Origin: Gemmatimonadota bacterium
Lineage (GTDB): Bacteria; Gemmatimonadota; Gemmatimonadetes; Gemmatimonadales; GWC2-71-9
DNA: 64,000 bases
Reading direction: 5' to 3'
NCBI GenBank assembly: GCA_039586365.1
Contig: JBDHKN010000026.1
Span: 24,725-88,724, forward strand
In this document: positions 39,162-50,093 of the stretch, piece by piece
Numbering within the stretch: position 1 is the stretch's first letter
Layout: each line of letters opens with the position of its first letter
Position numbers and translations under genes: made by a program
The notes under the pieces: generated by a model
What the model saw: the letters and a program-made list of their open reading frames with translations, nothing else
Told to the model about the DNA's origin: nothing
Database searches by the model: none

Positions 39162-40319
39162 TTACTGTGCCTCCCTGATCTTACACAACCTGCGAGCCGC
39201 TTGCTCGAGTACCTCCGTTGTCTTACAGAAGGCGAATCTGACCAACTTTCTGCCCAGTTCAGGTCGCGAGAAGAAACTGGACCCCGGCACTACCGCAACT
39301 CCGATTACCTCGGTCAGCCAACAGGCGAACTCGTCGTCCGGTAGTTCGCTCAGCTCGGAGAAGTCGGCGAGAATATAGTAGGAGCCCTCCGGCGGCTCGC
39401 AGCGAAAACCTGCCGCTATCAAGCCGCGATACATGATCTCGCGGCGAGCCTGATACTCGCCGCGCAACCCCCGATAGTAGTCCACTCCCAACCGCTCCAA
39501 ACCGGCAGCGACTCCCTCCTGCAGCGGAGCGGGCGCACCGACCGTGAGGAAGTCGTGCACCTTCCGGATGGCATCAGTCTCCTCACGCCGTGCCACGATT
39601 GTCCCCACCCGCCAGCCCGTTACGCTGAACGTCTTGGACGCACCACTGATGGTTATGGTGCGCTCACGCATGCCGGGGAGCGTGGCGATCGGGATGTGCT
39701 CGCCCGTGTACACAATGTGTTCGTAGATCTCGTCGGTCACAGCATACGCGTCGTGCTGTATGCAGAGAGCGGCGATGCCGCGCAGCTCGTCCGCGGAAAA
39801 CACCTTGCCCGTGGGATTGTTCGGCGTGTTGATGATCACCGCGCGCGTGCGATCGGAAAACGCTGCGGCGATCCGGTCCATGTCCAGGGGCTGCCCCACG
39901 ACCATCGGGACGTATACCGGCCTGGCATCACACAGGATGGTGTCAGGACCGTAGTTCTCGTAGAACGGCTCGAACACCACCACCTCGTCACCCGGATTCA
40001 CCAGGGACAGCAGCGTCGTAGCCATCGCTTCGGTCGAGCCGCAAGTGATGGTGACTTCTGCTTCCGGATCGACGTCCATCCCGTACCAGTCGTGATACCT
40101 CAGGGCCAGGACATTGCGTAGCCGCTGGGAACCCCACGTGATCGCGTACTGATTGATGTCGGCGTCGATAGCGCCCGCAGCCTCCTGCTTCAGGACACTG
40201 GGCGCGGGAAAGTTGGGAAACCCCTGTGCCAGGTTGATGGCGTCGTGTTGGTTCGCCAGCCGGGTCATCCCACGGATGACCGATTCGGTGAAGCCTTGGG
40301 TGCGCTTGGCGGTGGGCAC
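39162..40319 (-). CDS. Class I/II PLP aminotransferase (YbdL-like)
   Basis: INLAQGFP, NTPNNPTG, DEIY, SKTFSVTGWRVG, RFAFCK. Confidence 0.93.
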   Translation of the reverse strand: MPTAKRTQGFTESVIRGMTRLANQHDAINLAQGFPNFPAPSVLKQEAAGAIDADINQYAITWGSQRLRNVLALRYHDWYGMDVDPEAEVTITCGSTEAMATTLLSLVNPGDEVVVFEPFYENYGPDTILCDARPVYVPMVVGQPLDMDRIAAAFSDRTRAVIINTPNNPTGKVFSADELRGIAALCIQHDAYAVTDEIYEHIVYTGEHIPIATLPGMRERTITISGASKTFSVTGWRVGTIVARREETDAIRKVHDFLTVGAPAPLQEGVAAGLERLGVDYYRGLRGEYQARREIMYRGLIAAGFRCEPPEGSYYILADFSELSELPDDEFACWLTEVIGVAVVPGSSFFSRPELGRKLVRFAFCKTTEVLEQAARRLCKIREAQ

Positions 40320-40325
40320 GATAAC

Positions 40326-40351
40326 AGCTAGCAGCTGTCAGCTGTCAGCTG
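40326..40351. repeat. Heptamer repeat (AGCTGTC)n spanning the purE stop
   Basis: AGCTAGC AGCTGTC AGCTGTC AGCTG. Confidence 0.6.
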
Positions 40352-40751
40352 AGGCCTGCAAAATCCGAATGGCGAGCAGCGCGGCATTCTTTGCATTGCC
40401 GATACCCACCGTACCCACGGGACAACCGCTGGGGAGTTGCGTCATGGCGTAGAGCGCGTCGACGCCTCGCAATGGACCGACATCGAAAGGGACACCGACG
40501 ACAGGCAGATCACTGTGCGCGGCGACCGTACCCGGAAGTGCGGCCGCCAGTCCGGCGCCGGCTATTATGACGCGATAACCGTTCTGTCTCGCCTGCTTGG
40601 CAAGCTGGGCGGTCTTATCGGGGTCGCGGTGCGCCGAGGAAACGACAAAGTCGTAACCTACACCCGCATCGTTCAAGACTGCGAATGCAGGTGCAATGCG
40701 CTCCTCATCACTCTGGGAGCCGACGACGATCAAGACCTGTTTCTGGCCCAT
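40338..40751 (-). CDS. purE: PurE (N5-CAIR mutase/AIR carboxylase), short form
   Basis: GSQSD, SAHRDP, LPG.VAA, PVVGVP, Q.P.G.PVGTV, NAALLA. Confidence 0.92.
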   Translation of the reverse strand: MGQKQVLIVVGSQSDEERIAPAFAVLNDAGVGYDFVVSSAHRDPDKTAQLAKQARQNGYRVIIAGAGLAAALPGTVAAHSDLPVVGVPFDVGPLRGVDALYAMTQLPSGCPVGTVGIGNAKNAALLAIRILQASADS

Positions 40752-40754
40752 GCT

Positions 40755-41996
40755 CTACTGTTGGTAGCGCCGCGCTGCCAGCGTGACGTTGTGGCCGCCG
40801 AACCCGAAGGAGTTCGACAAGACGGTATTGACTTCTCGCTGCACCGCTTGGTTCGGTGCGCAGTCCAAGTCGCACTCCGGATCCGGAGTGTCCAGATTGA
40901 TCGTAGGGGGTATGACGCCGTGGTTGATGGTCAACAGACTGATGGCGAACTCCAAGCCGCCGGCTGCTCCCAGTAGATGGCCGGTCATCGACTTCGTCGA
41001 GCCCATTATGAGGTTGGTGGCCTGCTCGCCGAGTACCTCTTTGACGGCTTTCGTCTCGGCAATATCCCCGTGAGGTGTTGCTGTTCCGTGAGCGTTGATG
41101 TAGTCGATCTCGCTGGGCGCCAGCTCGGCGTCCGCGAGGCACTGCTCCATGGCACGCCTGGCACCTTCACCGCCCGGCGCGGGCTGCGTCATGTGGAAGG
41201 CGTCGGCGCTCATCCCGTACCCCAATATCTCGCCGTAGATTCGTGCTCCCCGGTTTACCGCGCTCTCAAGATCTTCCAGGATGATCACGCCTGATCCATC
41301 CCCCATCACGAATCCGTCCCGATCCTTGTCAAACGGCCGCGAGGCCTTCTCCGGTTCGTCGTTGCGGGTCGACAGAGCCTTCATGTTGGAGAAGCCGGCG
41401 ATGGCGAGAGGTGTAACGGCTGCCTCGGCACCTCCGGTGATCATCATGTCGGCCACACCCGACTGCACCAGCCGGAACGACTCACCGATGGCGTGGGCAG
41501 AAGATGCGCAGGCAGATACGGTGCAGTAGTTGGGGCCCTTCGCTCCGAACCGAATGGATATCAGGCCTGAAGCGATGTCCGGGATGAACATGGGAACGAA
41601 GAAAGGCGACACCCGGCCCGGGCCCTTTTCCAGGTACAACTTGCACTGCTCCTCAAAGGTCCAGATACCGCCGATACCGCTGCCGATCAGCACGCCGGTT
41701 CGGTCGGGCTGGGGCACAGCGCCGTTCAGCCCGGTATCTTTGGCCGCCTGTTCGGCCGCCGCGATCGCGTACTGTGCGAACAGGTCAGCCCGCTTGGCTT
41801 CCTTGCGATCCATGTACTCTTGCGGATCGAAGCCCTTCACCTCGCAGGCAAAGCGCACATCCAGCTCAGTAGGATCGAAGCGCTGGATCCGCGCAGCACC
41901 GGAGCGGCCTTGGACTAGGGCATCCCAGGTCGCCACAGCGGTGCCGCCGAGCGGGGTGACGAGTCCCAGCCCGGTGACAACGACACGCCGCTTCAA
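40755..41996 (-). CDS. fabF: Beta-ketoacyl-ACP synthase II
   Basis: SACAS, NAHGT, KSMTGHLLGAAG, NSFGFGGHN. Confidence 0.98.
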   Translation of the reverse strand: MKRRVVVTGLGLVTPLGGTAVATWDALVQGRSGAARIQRFDPTELDVRFACEVKGFDPQEYMDRKEAKRADLFAQYAIAAAEQAAKDTGLNGAVPQPDRTGVLIGSGIGGIWTFEEQCKLYLEKGPGRVSPFFVPMFIPDIASGLISIRFGAKGPNYCTVSACASSAHAIGESFRLVQSGVADMMITGGAEAAVTPLAIAGFSNMKALSTRNDEPEKASRPFDKDRDGFVMGDGSGVIILEDLESAVNRGARIYGEILGYGMSADAFHMTQPAPGGEGARRAMEQCLADAELAPSEIDYINAHGTATPHGDIAETKAVKEVLGEQATNLIMGSTKSMTGHLLGAAGGLEFAISLLTINHGVIPPTINLDTPDPECDLDCAPNQAVQREVNTVLSNSFGFGGHNVTLAARRYQQ

Positions 41997-41999
41997 CGG

Positions 42000-42239
42000 C
42001 TAGTCCCCGATTTTGTCGTGTAGATACTTCAGAGCATCGCCGACGGTTCGGATCTTCTCTGCGTCCTCGTCGGGAATGTCGACGTCGAACTCCTTCTCGA
42101 AGGCCATTACCAGCTCGACCGTGTCGAGGCTGTCGGCGCCAAGGTCCTCCATGAAGCTGGCATCATCCACCACCTTGTCCCGTTCGACACCAAGTTCTTC
42201 TACGATGATGTCCTTGACCTTATCGTCGAGATCGCTCAT
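42000..42239 (-). CDS. acpP: Acyl carrier protein
   Basis: [12 protein letters not shown]. Confidence 0.98.
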   Translation of the reverse strand: MSDLDDKVKDIIVEELGVERDKVVDDASFMEDLGADSLDTVELVMAFEKEFDVDIPDEDAEKIRTVGDALKYLHDKIGD

Positions 42240-42267
42240 TGCTGTCCTCTGTGTGAGAAAGGGAACG

Positions 42268-43008
42268 TCACATCACCATCCCGCCATCGACCACGAGCAC
42301 CTGGCCCGTAATGTAGCTGGCAAGGTCTGATGCAAGAAAGACCACGGCACTCGCAACGTCATCGGGTTGACCGAGCCGTTGCAGCGGTATTTGCGTGAGG
42401 AGTGCTTGCTTGGCGGTCTCGGGCAACTTCCGCGTCATCTCAGTGTCGATGAAGCCCGGGGCCACCGCATTCAGCAGCACGTTGCGCGACGCCAGTTCTT
42501 TCGCCACCGCCTTGGTGAACCCGATCAACCCGGCTTTGGAAGCCGCGTAGTTGGCCTGACCGGCGTTACCTGTAATGCCGACAACACTGGCAACGTTGAT
42601 GATCCGACCAGCACGCCGTTTCATCATGTCGCGACCGACCAGTTTCGTCATCAGAAACGGGCCCTTGAGATTGACGTCTAGGACCAGGTCCCAGTCACCT
42701 TCGCTCATGCGGATCAGGAGACCGTCTCTGGTGAGTCCCGCGTTGTTGACCAATATGTCGATGGGGCCGAGCTGCTGCTCGGCTGCGGCCACCGCGGTCT
42801 CCACCTGCGCGGCGGACGAGACATCGGCGCCCAGGCCGATCGCTTGCCCCTTGCCGCTCAATCCCCCAGCGGCTTGCCTGGCTCCAGCCTCGTCGACATC
42901 CAGGATCGCAAGACCGGCCCCGAGCTGATACAAGCTGGTCGCAATCGAGAGACCGATGCCACGGGACCCTCCGGTGACCATGGCGACTTTGCCAGTGAGA
43001 TCGATCAT
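42268..43008 (-). CDS. fabG: 3-oxoacyl-ACP reductase
   Basis: [23 protein letters not shown]. Confidence 0.97.
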   Translation of the reverse strand: MIDLTGKVAMVTGGSRGIGLSIATSLYQLGAGLAILDVDEAGARQAAGGLSGKGQAIGLGADVSSAAQVETAVAAAEQQLGPIDILVNNAGLTRDGLLIRMSEGDWDLVLDVNLKGPFLMTKLVGRDMMKRRAGRIINVASVVGITGNAGQANYAASKAGLIGFTKAVAKELASRNVLLNAVAPGFIDTEMTRKLPETAKQALLTQIPLQRLGQPDDVASAVVFLASDLASYITGQVLVVDGGMVM

Positions 43009-43943
43009 CCCAACGCCTCCATGAAACCGGTGATGTCTCGAGCGCTCCCGAGACTCTGCGGCTCAGCTCCGGGAACGATGCGTTTTAGCAGTCCGGACAG
43101 CACCTTGCCGGGGCCGATCTCAAGGAACCGAACCGAGTCGCCGCTGGCTCGTGCGGCACACTGCATCGATGCCACCCAGTTGACCGGTGACGTGAGCTGG
43201 GCACCCAAGTTCGCCCGGGCCGTAGCGGCATCGCTCACTAGTTCCGCCGTCACGTTGGCGACTATGGGAAACGCCGGCTCTGCTAGCTCGACGGAGTCGA
43301 GCACCGTCTGTAATCCGAGTGCCGCCGGTTGCATCAGCGGGGAGTGGAAGGCACCGCTCACCTTGAGCGGCAGGACTCGCTTGGCACCGGCCTGTTTGCA
43401 GCGGGCTCCGGCACGCTCCACCGCATCAGGGTCTCCGGACAGGACAGTCTGGTCGGGAGCATTGATGTTCGCTGCCACGACCACGCTGCCGTCGACGCTG
43501 CTTTCCCGACAGATAGCTTCGACTTCAGCAGCGTTCAGGCCCAGCACGGCGGTCATCGTGCCGGTCCGCGCTTCGCCCGCCGCCAGCATCAACTCGCCGC
43601 GGCGCCGCACCAGACGAGCTGCGTCGGCCAGGGCGAGGCAGCCGGCAGTCGAGTAGGCGCTGTACTCGCCCAGTGAGTGGCCGGCGGCCAACACCGGATC
43701 GAGCGCCGGGCGCACCACCGCGTGAACGGCCAGCGAGTGCGCGAGGATAGCCGGCTGCGCGTTGTGGGTCAGCGTGAGCTCAGCTTCGGGTCCCTCCCAC
43801 ATGACCTGCGACAGACCGAACCCGAGCGCCTCATCTACAGCCTGGAACACCGTACGAGCCGCGGCAAACTGTTCCGCGACATCCCTGCCCATTCCCACGA
43901 ACTGCGCCCCCTGTCCGGGGCACAGCAGCACGCTCTTCACCAC
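43005..43943 (-). CDS. fabD: Malonyl-CoA:ACP transacylase
   Basis: PGQGAQ, GHSLGEY, SGAFHS. Confidence 0.97.
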   Translation of the reverse strand: MVKSVLLCPGQGAQFVGMGRDVAEQFAAARTVFQAVDEALGFGLSQVMWEGPEAELTLTHNAQPAILAHSLAVHAVVRPALDPVLAAGHSLGEYSAYSTAGCLALADAARLVRRRGELMLAAGEARTGTMTAVLGLNAAEVEAICRESSVDGSVVVAANINAPDQTVLSGDPDAVERAGARCKQAGAKRVLPLKVSGAFHSPLMQPAALGLQTVLDSVELAEPAFPIVANVTAELVSDAATARANLGAQLTSPVNWVASMQCAARASGDSVRFLEIGPGKVLSGLLKRIVPGAEPQSLGSARDITGFMEALG

Positions 43944-44926
43944 TTCACCACCGCGCTACCCCAAGTGAACCCTCCGCCGAACGCAACTAACAGCAGGGTT
44001 GCTCCAGGTCCGATCCGACCCGACCTGACGCCTTCATCCATGGCAATCGGGATCGACGCGGCCGACGTGTTGCCGTAGCGGTCCACGTTGACATAGACCT
44101 TCTCCATGGGAACACCGGCGTGCTTGGCAGTCGATTCGATGATCCTGATGTTGGCTTGGTGGGGTATCAGCAGGTCGATCTCGTCGCTGGTCAAGCCGGC
44201 CCGCTGCAGTGCTTGGTCGCAGGCGTCGGCCATGGAGCGTACGGCGGACTTGAACACCTCCCTACCGGCCATCTTGATGTAGTAGCTGTGGTCCTGCAGC
44301 AGCTGCTCGTCGGGCGGATGAATGCCCCCCCCACCGGGCCGGTACAGCAGTTCCGCCAGGGTACCGTCGGACTTCAAATAGGTGGAGAGGATGCCGCGCT
44401 TACCGTTGGAACACGGTCTGACCAGCGTCGCTCCCACACCGTCCCCAAACAAAATGGCTGTGCCACGATCGGTGTAGTCGGTGATCCTGGTGAGTCGGTC
44501 CGCTCCTATCACCAGCACGTTGCTGCCGGCTTCACCCACGATGATACCCTCGGCAACTGACAGGCCGTAGATGAAGCCGCTGCATGCTGCGCTGATGTCG
44601 AATGCGGCTGCGTTCTTGGCACCCAATTCGGCTTGCAGATCGCAGGCGGTGGCTGGCAGAAACCGATCGGGCGTGGCCGTGGCAACGATGATGGTGTCGA
44701 CATCGAGCGGTGTGATACCCACCTCGTCGAGCACCTGCTCGCACGCCCTGCTCCCCATATAGGCGATAGTCTCGTGATCTTCGGAGATGCGTCGCTCACG
44801 AATGCCCGTGCGCTCGCGAATCCACTGGTCGGAGGTGTCCACTATGCGCTCGAAATAGGCGTTGTCGAGCACCTTTTCCGGCGTGTAGCGACCGGTACCC
44901 ACGAGTTCGACCAGCGGTCGCTTCAC
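43937..44926 (-). CDS. fabH: Beta-ketoacyl-ACP synthase III
   Basis: AACSGF, PHQAN, GNTSAAS. Confidence 0.97.
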   Translation of the reverse strand: MKRPLVELVGTGRYTPEKVLDNAYFERIVDTSDQWIRERTGIRERRISEDHETIAYMGSRACEQVLDEVGITPLDVDTIIVATATPDRFLPATACDLQAELGAKNAAAFDISAACSGFIYGLSVAEGIIVGEAGSNVLVIGADRLTRITDYTDRGTAILFGDGVGATLVRPCSNGKRGILSTYLKSDGTLAELLYRPGGGGIHPPDEQLLQDHSYYIKMAGREVFKSAVRSMADACDQALQRAGLTSDEIDLLIPHQANIRIIESTAKHAGVPMEKVYVNVDRYGNTSAASIPIAMDEGVRSGRIGPGATLLLVAFGGGFTWGSAVVKW

Positions 44927-45915
44927 TGGGAGACTCCGCTCGCCATCTCAACACCGATATGCTGGCTCACGTGGCTCTCCACGGCTTGCAGCGCGACACC
45001 GATCGCATTCTTGAATGCACGGGCCGACGATCGACCGTGACAGATGATGGAGACACCCTTGACACCCAATAGCGGGGCACCACCGTACTCCGAGTAGTCC
45101 AGCACCTTGAGGACTCGGCCCATCGCCTCACTCTCCAATACGTCTTGTTCCATCTCTCGCCGGAGTAGGCCCACGAACAGCCGCGCCACCGACTCGTAGA
45201 ACTTGAGCAGCACATTACCGACGAATCCGTCACACACAGCCACGTCGAGGTCACCCTTCAGAACGTCGCCGCCCTCGACGTTGCCGATGAAATTGATGCC
45301 GGAATCGCTCTGCAACAAATCGAACGCTTGCCGCACCGCCTGGTTACCCTTCTCTTCTTCCTCGCCGATGTTCAGCAGTCCCACCTTCGGGTTGTCGCGC
45401 CCCAGTACGTCTTTAGCATAGACGTTGCCGATGTGGGCGAAGCCGCGCAGCTCACGTGGGCTACAGTCGATGTTGGCGCCGGCATCCAACACCAATACCG
45501 GCTTCGAGGCCGTAGGGAACAGCGCGCCGATGGCAGCCCGCTCCACCCCGGGATGCAATCCCAGGATCAGAGCGCTCGCAGCCATCATCGCACCGGTGTT
45601 GCCAGCAGACACAAAGGCATCAGCAGCGCCGCCCTTCTGCTTCTCCAGCCCAATCCGGATCGACGATTTGCGTTTCCCCCGCACCGCAGCCAGCGGCTTC
45701 TCGCTCATCTCGATGACCTCGGGAGCGTCGAGGATACCGAGCCGCTCGGGCCGCTCAATGCCTAGGTCATTGATAGCAGCCGTGATTTGCTCCGACCGCC
45801 CCACGAGAATGACCTCGCAAGACGGCGGCAGCGTATCTAGTGCTTCGATGGCTCCAGCAACCGGAGCGCTAGGTGCGGAATCGCCACCCATCGCATCCAG
45901 AGCGATCCGGGTCAC
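44923..45915 (-). CDS. plsX: Phosphate acyltransferase PlsX
   Basis: IALDAMGGD, SAGNTGA, LNIGEE..KG, CDGFVGN. Confidence 0.97.
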   Translation of the reverse strand: MTRIALDAMGGDSAPSAPVAGAIEALDTLPPSCEVILVGRSEQITAAINDLGIERPERLGILDAPEVIEMSEKPLAAVRGKRKSSIRIGLEKQKGGAADAFVSAGNTGAMMAASALILGLHPGVERAAIGALFPTASKPVLVLDAGANIDCSPRELRGFAHIGNVYAKDVLGRDNPKVGLLNIGEEEEKGNQAVRQAFDLLQSDSGINFIGNVEGGDVLKGDLDVAVCDGFVGNVLLKFYESVARLFVGLLRREMEQDVLESEAMGRVLKVLDYSEYGGAPLLGVKGVSIICHGRSSARAFKNAIGVALQAVESHVSQHIGVEMASGVSQ

Positions 45916-45917
45916 CG

Positions 45918-46100
45918 TCAGACTTCCTTTACCTCGACCCGCTTTTCGCCGCCGTAATAGCCGCAGGTGGGACAGACTCGATGGGGGCGCCGCGGATCAC
46001 CGCACCGTTCACACGGTTGGTGCGCCAGCGGAGCCGCCTGGTGATGAGTCCGGCGCTTACGCTTCCGACTCTTGGATGTTCTCCTCTTGGGTACCGCCAT
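45918..46100 (-). CDS. rpmF: 50S ribosomal protein L32 (Zn-binding type)
   Basis: MAVPKRRTSK, CERC..HRVCPTCGYY. Confidence 0.97.
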   Translation of the reverse strand: MAVPKRRTSKSRKRKRRTHHQAAPLAHQPCERCGDPRRPHRVCPTCGYYGGEKRVEVKEV

Positions 46101-46618
46101 TAACTCGCCTCTTGATCGGAAAGTTCGTTCCGCATTGCCTCCAGCTTCGCCCAGCGCGGATCGCTGGCGCGCTCGCAGCCGCACGTCTCGCTGTTCAGGT
46201 CGGCGCCACAGCGGGGACACAGCCCGCGGCACTCCTCGCTGCACAGGGCGTAGTCCGGAACCGCCAGTATCAGCTCTTCTCGTACGGCTTCGCTCGGGTC
46301 CAGCTCGGCACTGTTAGCCGGGATGACATAGGCCGCCGGATCCTCCGCTGTCACGTCCTCGGTGAACAACACGCTCACCTCCTGAGCGATGTCGATCTCC
46401 ACGCCGGCCAGGCACCTGCGGCAGGTCGTCCTCATGCGCGTACGCAAGCCTCCCTGCCAGTAGTACCGGCCAGTCCCGGCATCCATGAGCCGCCCGCTCA
46501 GGTGCACCGGCTCACTCAGTTCAAACTCGAGCTTGTCAAACGCGGGATCGTCCGCCGGCACCACCTGAGCCAACACGATGGGGCCCTGGCGCAGCGCACC
46601 GAGGTCAATCCGTAACAT
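46100..46618 (-). CDS. yceD: YceD/DUF177 protein
   Basis: CRRCL, LCSEECRGLCPRCG, DPRW; upstream of rpmF. Confidence 0.92.
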   Translation of the reverse strand: MLRIDLGALRQGPIVLAQVVPADDPAFDKLEFELSEPVHLSGRLMDAGTGRYYWQGGLRTRMRTTCRRCLAGVEIDIAQEVSVLFTEDVTAEDPAAYVIPANSAELDPSEAVREELILAVPDYALCSEECRGLCPRCGADLNSETCGCERASDPRWAKLEAMRNELSDQEAS

Positions 46619-46626
46619 AGCCGCTA

Positions 46627-46655
46627 AAGGTATTTAGGACCGATACTTGCGTCAA
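46627..46655 (-). promoter_or_regulatory. sigma70 promoter of the yceD-rpmF-plsX-fab operon
   Basis: TTGACG-17-TACCTT, 8 nt before the ATG. Confidence 0.65.
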
Positions 46656-47086
46656 CGAACCTCGGTAGCCCAAATCCGACTCAACTCGGCACGCGGGAAG
46701 AAGAACGCGACCTCCATCGCTGCGTTCTCGGGTGAATCCGAGGCGTGGATGGCATTGCGCTCCTTCGACTCGGCGTAGAGCCGCCGGACCGTACCCTCCT
46801 TCGCTTCGGCAGGATCCGTGGCACCTATGACCTCCCTCAGGTGGGCCACGGCGTCGTCCCGCTCCAGCACCAACGGCATGCAGGGACCGGACGTCATGTA
46901 GGCCACCAGCGACTGGAAGAACGGTCGTTCGCGATGCACCGCGTAGAACGCACGCGCCTCGGAGTCACTGAGCCGCAGCAGCCGAGCTGCCTTGATCCTG
47001 AATCCAGTCGCTTCGAGCAGTGCGATGATCTTCCCGCCCAAGGCGGCTTCAATTGCATCCGGTTTGAGAATTGCGAGTGTAAGCAT
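46652..47086 (-). CDS. ndk: Nucleoside diphosphate kinase
   Basis: TLAILKPDA, FY..H..RPFF, GAT.P, NAIHASDS. Confidence 0.97.
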   Translation of the reverse strand: MLTLAILKPDAIEAALGGKIIALLEATGFRIKAARLLRLSDSEARAFYAVHRERPFFQSLVAYMTSGPCMPLVLERDDAVAHLREVIGATDPAEAKEGTVRRLYAESKERNAIHASDSPENAAMEVAFFFPRAELSRIWATEVR

Positions 47087-47189
47087 GGCCTCTTAGAGAA
47101 GAGCATGTAGCAAGAGAAAAGAGAACCGGCCGGCCAATGCCGCACCACTCCACCCGCAAGACACCGTACCGGCCGGTTCCCGCCTCGGG

Positions 47190-48083
47190 TCAGCGACCGA
47201 ACAAGCCTCGCACGATGTCTCCTTCGGTCAGGAACCCAACAACCGTTCCGTCGCGCACGACGGGGAACCGGTCGATCTTGCGGTTCAAGATCATCGTGGC
47301 TACCTCCGCCACCGTCTGCCCCTCCGACACGCACAGCACGCTGCGGTCCATCACTTCCCTGACCGGGATGTCAAACGGGTCCGGCGTTGCCGCGTCACGA
47401 GCGATCCCAGCGGCCTCCTCGGTCAGCCGCTTTACCCGTGCCGGCAGCAGGTAGCGCAGCAGTTCCCTGTGTGTTACCAACCCCAACACCTCATTGGTGT
47501 CGGACACTACGAGCAGCGATGGCACGTCGTGCAACACCATCTTGTTCGCCGCTTCACCCAGCTTCGCGTCGGGCCGAATCGAGATCTGGCGCCGCACCAT
47601 CACGTCGCGCACGGTCACATAGTTCCACAACTCGATCTCACCCAGCGCCTGGATGGCCAGCACGTCCTCAGGCCGCTGGGCCGCCAACAGTGCTGCCACG
47701 ATTTCCTCGCGCCCCAGAGCGTGAGAGAATGCACTCACCGTTCTCAGGAACCGCGAAGTGTGCCGCGGCGGCGCTGAGATCAGCAGCACCATGCTGGCCT
47801 GTTTGGCGGGATCGTGCTCGCGGTGCATCGGCTTCCGGGCCACACCGAGCGCAACGGTGAGCCGGCGCACCGCCTCGGTGCGGAAGTAGAGCAAGAACGC
47901 CTGACCGACGGTTACCACATCCTGCGGCAGCGTCTCGCCTACCAACTCCTCGAACCGCGGCTGATCCGTGATCGCGCCGGAGCGAGACATGGCCTCGACC
48001 AACTCCACCGTCGCCAGCCGCAGGGTCTCCCCCTGGACCGGGATCACAATGTGGTCGACCGTAAGCAAGTCTAATAACTGCAA
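47190..48083 (-). CDS. PTS EIIA(Ntr/Fru)-like domain fused to a CBS pair
   Basis: N-terminal LLDLL..DHI, ALGVA..P, LL.A..PEDV; C-terminal VRDVM, VREVM, FPVV..G.VVGFLT. Confidence 0.8.
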   Translation of the reverse strand: MQLLDLLTVDHIVIPVQGETLRLATVELVEAMSRSGAITDQPRFEELVGETLPQDVVTVGQAFLLYFRTEAVRRLTVALGVARKPMHREHDPAKQASMVLLISAPPRHTSRFLRTVSAFSHALGREEIVAALLAAQRPEDVLAIQALGEIELWNYVTVRDVMVRRQISIRPDAKLGEAANKMVLHDVPSLLVVSDTNEVLGLVTHRELLRYLLPARVKRLTEEAAGIARDAATPDPFDIPVREVMDRSVLCVSEGQTVAEVATMILNRKIDRFPVVRDGTVVGFLTEGDIVRGLFGR

Positions 48084-48087
48084 TTAA

Positions 48088-48957
48088 TTACAGCCGTTCC
48101 TTGAGAAGTTGGATCACCTCCATCGGACGCTTCATGACCCCGATGTTCGCGGCCTCGAGCGCCGCCATCTTCTCGGCGGCGGTGCCGGCTGACCCGGAGA
48201 TGATCGCACCAGCGTGCCCCATGCGCCTGCCCGGAGGCGCCGTCTGGCCAGCAATGAAACCGACCACCGGCTTGGAGACGTGTTGCTCCACGAACTCAGA
48301 CGCCTCTTGCTCGGCGGTGCCCCCGATCTCGCCGATCATCACGATCGCCTCGGTGGCCGGGTCCGCCTCGAACTCCCGGAGGCAGTCGATGAAGTTGGTG
48401 CCGATGATCGGGTCACCGCCGATACCGATGCACGTGGACTGTCCGTAGCCGCTCTTGGTGAGCTGGTGGATGATCTCGTAGGTCAGGGTGCCGCTGCGGG
48501 ACACCACCCCCACCTTGCCCTCGGCGCAGATCTGTCCGGGCACGATGCCCACCTTCGACTGCCCCGGCGAAATGAGACCGGGACAGTTGGGCCCGATGAG
48601 GCGCGCTCCGCTGTCACGCACGAACGGCATCACCCGCGTCATGTCGAGCACGGGGACCCCTTCCGAGATACACACTATCAGGGCGATGCCGGCGTCCGCC
48701 GCTTCGTAGATTGCGTCGGCCGCAAAACGGGCGGGCACGTAGATCACCGAAGTGTTCGCGCCGGTCGCGGCTACAGCCTGCGCCACCGTATTGAAGATCG
48801 GGACTGAGCTGTTGAACTGCTGTCCCCCTTTGCCGGGCGTCACACCGGCCACCACCCGGGTGCCGTACTCTATCGCCTGTTGGGTATGAAACGAACCATC
48901 GCGACCTGTGATGCCCTGCACCACCAGCTTCGTGTCTCTATCGATGAATATGCTCAC
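48088..48957 (-). CDS. sucD: Succinyl-CoA synthetase alpha subunit
   Basis: [26 protein letters not shown]. Confidence 0.98.
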   Translation of the reverse strand: MSIFIDRDTKLVVQGITGRDGSFHTQQAIEYGTRVVAGVTPGKGGQQFNSSVPIFNTVAQAVAATGANTSVIYVPARFAADAIYEAADAGIALIVCISEGVPVLDMTRVMPFVRDSGARLIGPNCPGLISPGQSKVGIVPGQICAEGKVGVVSRSGTLTYEIIHQLTKSGYGQSTCIGIGGDPIIGTNFIDCLREFEADPATEAIVMIGEIGGTAEQEASEFVEQHVSKPVVGFIAGQTAPPGRRMGHAGAIISGSAGTAAEKMAALEAANIGVMKRPMEVIQLLKERL

Positions 48958-50093
48958 GCTGCCTCCTGCGCGAGTTTGACGGCCTGTTGCACCGCCTCGT
49001 CCATGTCGGTTAGCGCCTCGAATCCAGCCTGCTTGAGAATCTCGACCGCGACGTCCTCGTTGGTCCCGGTGAGCCTGATTACGATGGGCACGCTGAGCTT
49101 GGTCTGCCCGGTTGCCGCCACGATACCGTTGGCGACGTCGTCGCACCGGGTGATCCCGCCAAAGATGTTGAACAGAATGGCCTTGACGTTCGGATCGCTG
49201 GTAATGATCTCGAGGGCCGTGATCACCTTCTCCGGGCTACTGCTGCCGCCGATATCCAAGAAGTTGGCCGGCTCTCCGCCATAGTACTTGACCAGATCCA
49301 TGGTGGCCATGGCGAGTCCGGCTCCATTGACACAACAACCCACTTGGCCGTCCAGTTTGATGTAGGTCAGCCCGGCCTCGCGCGCTGCCACCTCGGCAGG
49401 AGCCTCAGACGACACGTCGCGCAGTACAGCGATGTTGGGCCGTCGCTCCAGTTCGTTGTCGTCCACACCGATCTTGGCATCCAACGCCACCACATCCCCA
49501 TCGGGCGTCGTGATCAGCGGGTTGATCTCCGCCAACGACGCGCCGGCATCCAAGAACGCCTGATACAGGCGCTGCATGATCATGGCTGCCTGGCGCACCT
49601 GCTTGATATCGGCGTACAGATTGAAGGCCAGGCTCATGGCCTGGTGCGGCAGCAGGCCGTATTTGGGGTCGATGGACTGCTTGAAGATCTGCTCCGGTGT
49701 CTTGGCGGCGACTTCCTCGATGTCCACACCGCCGGCCGGGCTAACCATGACGACAGCCCGCTCCGACGCTCGGTCCACGATCACGCCCACGTAACTCTCC
49801 GACGCGATCGCGGAAGTGGGGACCACCAGAACCTTCTCTACTGTCAGCCCCTTGATCTGCATGCCTAGGATCTGCTCGGCGTGGGCGCGCGCCTCTTTGG
49901 GGTCCTTGGCGAGCTTGACCCCACCCGCCTTGCCCCGCCCCCCGGAGTGCACCTGCGCCTTTACGACTACACCGCCACCCATTCGAGCGGCGATCTGCTC
50001 GACTTCGTCCGGCGACACCGCTACTTCACCGTCAGGAACCGGGATCCCCGCCTGTTTGAGTAGCCCGCGTGCCTGATATTCATGTAGGTTCAC
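48954..50093 (-). CDS. sucC: Succinyl-CoA synthetase beta subunit
   Basis: [33 protein letters not shown]. Confidence 0.98.
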   Translation of the reverse strand: MNLHEYQARGLLKQAGIPVPDGEVAVSPDEVEQIAARMGGGVVVKAQVHSGGRGKAGGVKLAKDPKEARAHAEQILGMQIKGLTVEKVLVVPTSAIASESYVGVIVDRASERAVVMVSPAGGVDIEEVAAKTPEQIFKQSIDPKYGLLPHQAMSLAFNLYADIKQVRQAAMIMQRLYQAFLDAGASLAEINPLITTPDGDVVALDAKIGVDDNELERRPNIAVLRDVSSEAPAEVAAREAGLTYIKLDGQVGCCVNGAGLAMATMDLVKYYGGEPANFLDIGGSSSPEKVITALEIITSDPNVKAILFNIFGGITRCDDVANGIVAATGQTKLSVPIVIRLTGTNEDVAVEILKQAGFEALTDMDEAVQQAVKLAQEAA

